Shown: in pieces, positions 59,978-64,000 of the stretch
Numbering within the stretch: position 1 is the stretch's first letter
Layout: each line of letters starts with the position of its first letter
Assembly: GCA_023920165.1 (NCBI GenBank)
Contig: CP089281.1
Span: forward strand, 434,001-498,000
Direction: 5' to 3'
Source: Curvularia clavata
Taxonomy: Eukaryota
DNA length: 64,000 nt
Translations under genes and position numbers: made by a program
Notes under the pieces: generated by a model
What the model was told of the DNA's origin: nothing
What the model saw: only the letters and a program-made list of their open reading frames with translations
The model's database searches: none

Positions 59978-62900
59978 TGTTGCTGATCCGAAAAGAGAGA
60001 ACGCGCAGCTGGTGATGTTGCGTAGAGACGGACGTAAGCGTGTCCTTTGCCAAGACCTGCGTCGGCATTTCCCGGCCCGCCGTCTCATGCCATATGCGCC
60101 TGCTAGACGACCACGCGACCAAATACTACCAGAAACTCCATTTTCGGATTTGCTGCTCTCTCTGTAGAAATAATTCGTTCAGATCTTTCAAAAAGGCATT
60201 GGCAGTAGTCTTAGACGATGATCCACAGATTAGATTCAATTTACATGATTATTCAGTGGAAAGGTGCTCGTGACTGTAGTATCCAAGAACACAATAGAGC
60301 GGTCTGTAAAGCAGGTGTTGCCTTGTATTCAAGGCATTTATTTTTAACGAACACCAAGATTTATATTATAACTATGAGCATCTGCGCCTTTGGGAGCAGA
60401 ATCAGTATCAGAAGTAGCAATTTACTTTCTAGCCACGATGGTGTTATGAGCCTTGGGAATTATCGTTGTGAAATGCAGTGGAGAATGGGAGCTGCCAACC
60501 TTGGAAGTATCAGGTGGTTTATCAAAGTTATTGTGATTGTGAGATAGAAGCGTACATTACGTGCTAGTGTAAATATGGAGGTGCGTCGTGCACTAGTAAT
60601 CCAAGGCATAGGAAGTATGTGGGAAGGTTACATAACTTTCAAGCATTGTTTGATCTTTTTTCTCCAAAGGCTCCCAAAAGAGCGGTTGTATGCATATAGA
60701 GCAGAGTAATGCACCAAGTCCAGTAGTATCAAGTGCAAACCATCTCCTTGAAGGACTGTAAATGCTACAACCTGGGGATATCTGTATGAGACACAGACGT
60801 GCTCACGGCCGCTTTGATGCCGTTCTCAAGTCTGACTAGGATAAGCAACTGCGATATATGCACTGTATGCGTAGTCTTAGCCATGTTGCCTGCATTTGAA
60901 GCGAAGAGCATCCAGGTTGGACTCATGACAAATTTAGCGAATATTCAGTAATGAACAAGGCCTACTTCTATTGACAGGGCTACCCAGTGCCGGGTAAGAA
61001 GGCGGGAGGCTTGACCAACCCTTACCCTGCATCATCAATCCTGCTTGTTCTAACAATTAACCAGTCCTAGAACTCGACATCTAACTGCACTGATACGTTT
61101 CTAGAATACAGACATGTGGCTGTTCTAGCGCTCTTCTGTAGTACACCGCCTTTTCAGGCGCTTCTCTGCGTCTAATTGGACTTGTCTTCACGTTTTAGTG
61201 CAAGGATTCCCTTGAACTAATACATAGTCTAGCAGACTCTACAAAGTGCTACCAGAAGAAAACACATGACACGTTGTGCGCAGCGAATGCAGTGACAGCG
61301 AAGACAGCAAGCCGCATCCTGGGCTTGAAGCTGAGGCTGGATTGAGGTCATGGGGAGGTCAGAATTTTGAACTTACAACAGTTGTTAGGCGAAAGTCGAA
61401 TGGGGTCACTGGATCACTGTTGTCAATAGTGGCTGGAGCAAGCAGCGGTCGGCGTTGGGCTCCTATTGCAACGCGTCAATCTATATCATTTAGTAGAATT
61501 GTTGGTTGGGCTCTTATTTCCTGTGTCCATCTCGATCTGATAGTCGTCAAGCCGCCTACGCGCCGTGCCAATTTGAACAGTTCCGAGGAGTCATGGTCGA
61601 CCTATAATTCCTCCACAAAGCCCTCGTCAGGTGCACCATGACTGCAGCGCTGCAAAGATCGAGTCTAGAAAGACAAACAGCGTAACCCTTGAGTTATTCA
61701 GTGCAATTTAGGACTCTTCCAGCTTTCTCTGACAGGCATCGGTTGCAGCATTAGCCATGTCAGAAGACGTCTCTCGAGTTAGTTACTGAAAGTGAAAATT
61801 TGATGACTTGAATGGGGAGTACCGCCATAGAGGGGGCAGCATGTACAAAGCCATTGCCATTGTCGGGATGGCTGACGAGGTAGCTGTAAGCGCTTTGCTG
61901 CCCCGGGTTCCCACACACACGACTGCTCTCCGTGCCATTTACTGCAGCATGGAGCTCTCTTTCGGCTTGTTCTGGACAGGATCAACAGGAATCAAGTCTG
62001 ATGACGCGTCGCGAATCAGCCCGAGGAATTTCTATACTGCGGCGGAGTGCTTTCCCGACTCACTTTGGATGACTTCAGTGGCAGCACGAGTCGCCCTCTG
62101 TCGGGATTGGGCGCGAGCTGCATCCTTTCTCCTTAACGCCATATGCTTGATGAGTGGACCGTGTACTCGATTAGTGGACCATGACAAAGAGCTGACATAG
62201 CTCGAGGCAGCTCCGAAAAAAATAATCTTCAAATTCGAAGTGAAACATGCGCAAAGGAGTCAGACTGGTTGCGGATTCCTCTCGTATAGGCAAATGCTAT
62301 GCGGTATCTTGCCGTGTGCAAACCCTAAAAGTGTTGGCACTGAGGTTGTGCCTAGGTGGAAAGCGCGGCTAATGCTCTAGGGTACTGTTCCGTGGAACAT
62401 GACCTTTCAAACACCTGTTACTGAGAAGAATAGTCTTTACATATTAAACTGAGGCTGGGTCCAGACCAGTATTGCGACAGCAGAGAGCTTCTACGCGTCC
62501 AATGGAAGCAAACGACATGCTTCCTCATGCAGTAGCAGACAGCTGACGCTGGGTATCCTTGTTCGCGTACACGCCGTTCTCGTGCTACTCAATCTTTACA
62601 CAGAGGTCGTACCACCTACCGCATTATAACACGGATTGTCCGGGGTAGGCGAATGATGATGCATATTGGTATTTTGCGTGCGAATCAGCGAAGTGAAGCA
62701 AACCGACAGGAGAACAAGGGTGGACAATACGAGCCGGGTCACACAACCGACCCACGGAAAATTGCAGCGTCGAAGAGTTAAAACCCACACACAGCCCCTG
62801 CGCCCCAGTACTCGCTTGATGAATTTGGATTACTTGCATATCCTGACTAGAAGCCGCAGTAGGATGTTGCGCAATTGAGAGGATGGGAGAAATGGAAGGG

Positions 62901-64000
62901 GAGCAAGGCATGACTCGACTTGTGTGTCTCATCACACCACTGGAAATGCGCTTCGGAAAGGCTATTGCCCGGAAGATGCTATTGTCAATAACGAGGTGGG
63001 CAGCGAGATGGTCCTTGGTCGAGGGTCTCCGGGGAGGATGACATGCTGCGCTGGCGCTGATCGCGTAGTTGGACCAGCCAATCCAGTCAGCATAAGCGGT
63101 GCGGGCCAGCATCAAGGCTCAATCGAGTACGCTGGGGGAATGACCGAAAATTCGCATCAGGCCAGTTTGGAGATACCGGTTTTGTTGTTGTGCATAACCG
63201 TTGGCCAAGTGTTTCGGCCTACGAGGTACCGAACTTGCGCACGTATCGTGTGGTGCTGATTGGCAAGCGGAGGTTATCCCCGCTTGCTTCTTTGAAGAAG
63301 CAGTCAGCGGGTAATGTTCGGAGTAGGGATAGGGCGGTAAGTGTGGATTCTCTGCGGCTGAAGCAATGTGTAGTGCATGTGCACAAGGCATGAAATAGCC
63401 GCTATTGCCGTTTGCCCACATCGCGATGGTGGCAGCGTGGGAGGTTTGAGGGGCGAGAGGTGGAGACACAAATGTACGAGTTGGCAGAAACGCCAGCCAC
63501 CAAGAACCTAATATTGTTGAGCTAGAGAAGTGGTGACTCTAGTGGGACTTGATATTCATGCAACAAGTAACGACGTGGGAAGAGGGCCAAACTAAGCAAG
63601 AACACGTGTAGCAGGATGACTAGAGAAAAGTATAGAGGACGCAGAAACGTCTCGAGGACAGATGAGATGGAGGGACTTGAAGGAATGCTTTGCAGTAGCG
63701 GCATGGCCAGGGTAGTAGTGCCTGCTGATGGACGTTGCATGCTTTAGTCCAAGCCAATGACGGGCATGAGCACGCTGTACGGGCCGAGTTTTGGGAGCAT
63801 GTGTATACTGTTTGCTTGTAATGTCATGGAGAGAAGTCGATGCCTGGTAAAAACGTGTTTTGTGTGTGTCGTGGGGCTACCTAAGCAGATGGTCAATGGT
63901 TCGCGCCAAAGCCCTACGACTACCGCACCCCAGCTTGGGCCCTCCGGTGACCCACAGTCGACGGCGTAGGCGCCACAGCTTGAAGTTAATCATGGCTGGT

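Overview
Eukaryotic (filamentous ascomycete, probably Dothideomycete/Pleosporales; inferred from RIP, short GT-AG introns and gene content) genomic window with three zones. (1) 1-~14.1 kb: extremely AT-rich, RIP-mutated block of nested transposons: a full-length Fot1/pogo DNA transposon with ~70-bp TIRs and TA duplication, a Copia RT remnant, LTR-like ends and about ten copies/fragments of an unclassified ~1.2-kb repeat ending in AAAAGGCCGAAGCC. (2) ~14.2-25.8 kb: gene-sparse, accessory-looking flank with an MDR-family reductase, a divergently transcribed pair of an atypical L-lactate/malate-dehydrogenase-family gene and an intronless bacterial-type phosphoenolpyruvate synthase, and a GT8 glycosyltransferase. 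(3) ~26-60 kb: ordinary core genes (hypothetical Zn-finger protein, MEMO1, Srs2/UvrD helicase, GH5, GT1 sterol glucosyltransferase-like, Ppz1, aldehyde dehydrogenase, Tae1/NTM1, Med8, large methyltransferase-domain protein, MGMT, TPR-like protein, Swp1). Best leads: the LDH-PEP synthase two-gene module, the unclassified repeat family, and an orphan Ubc13-like first exon upstream of tae1. All calls are by eye from motifs; no searches were run.
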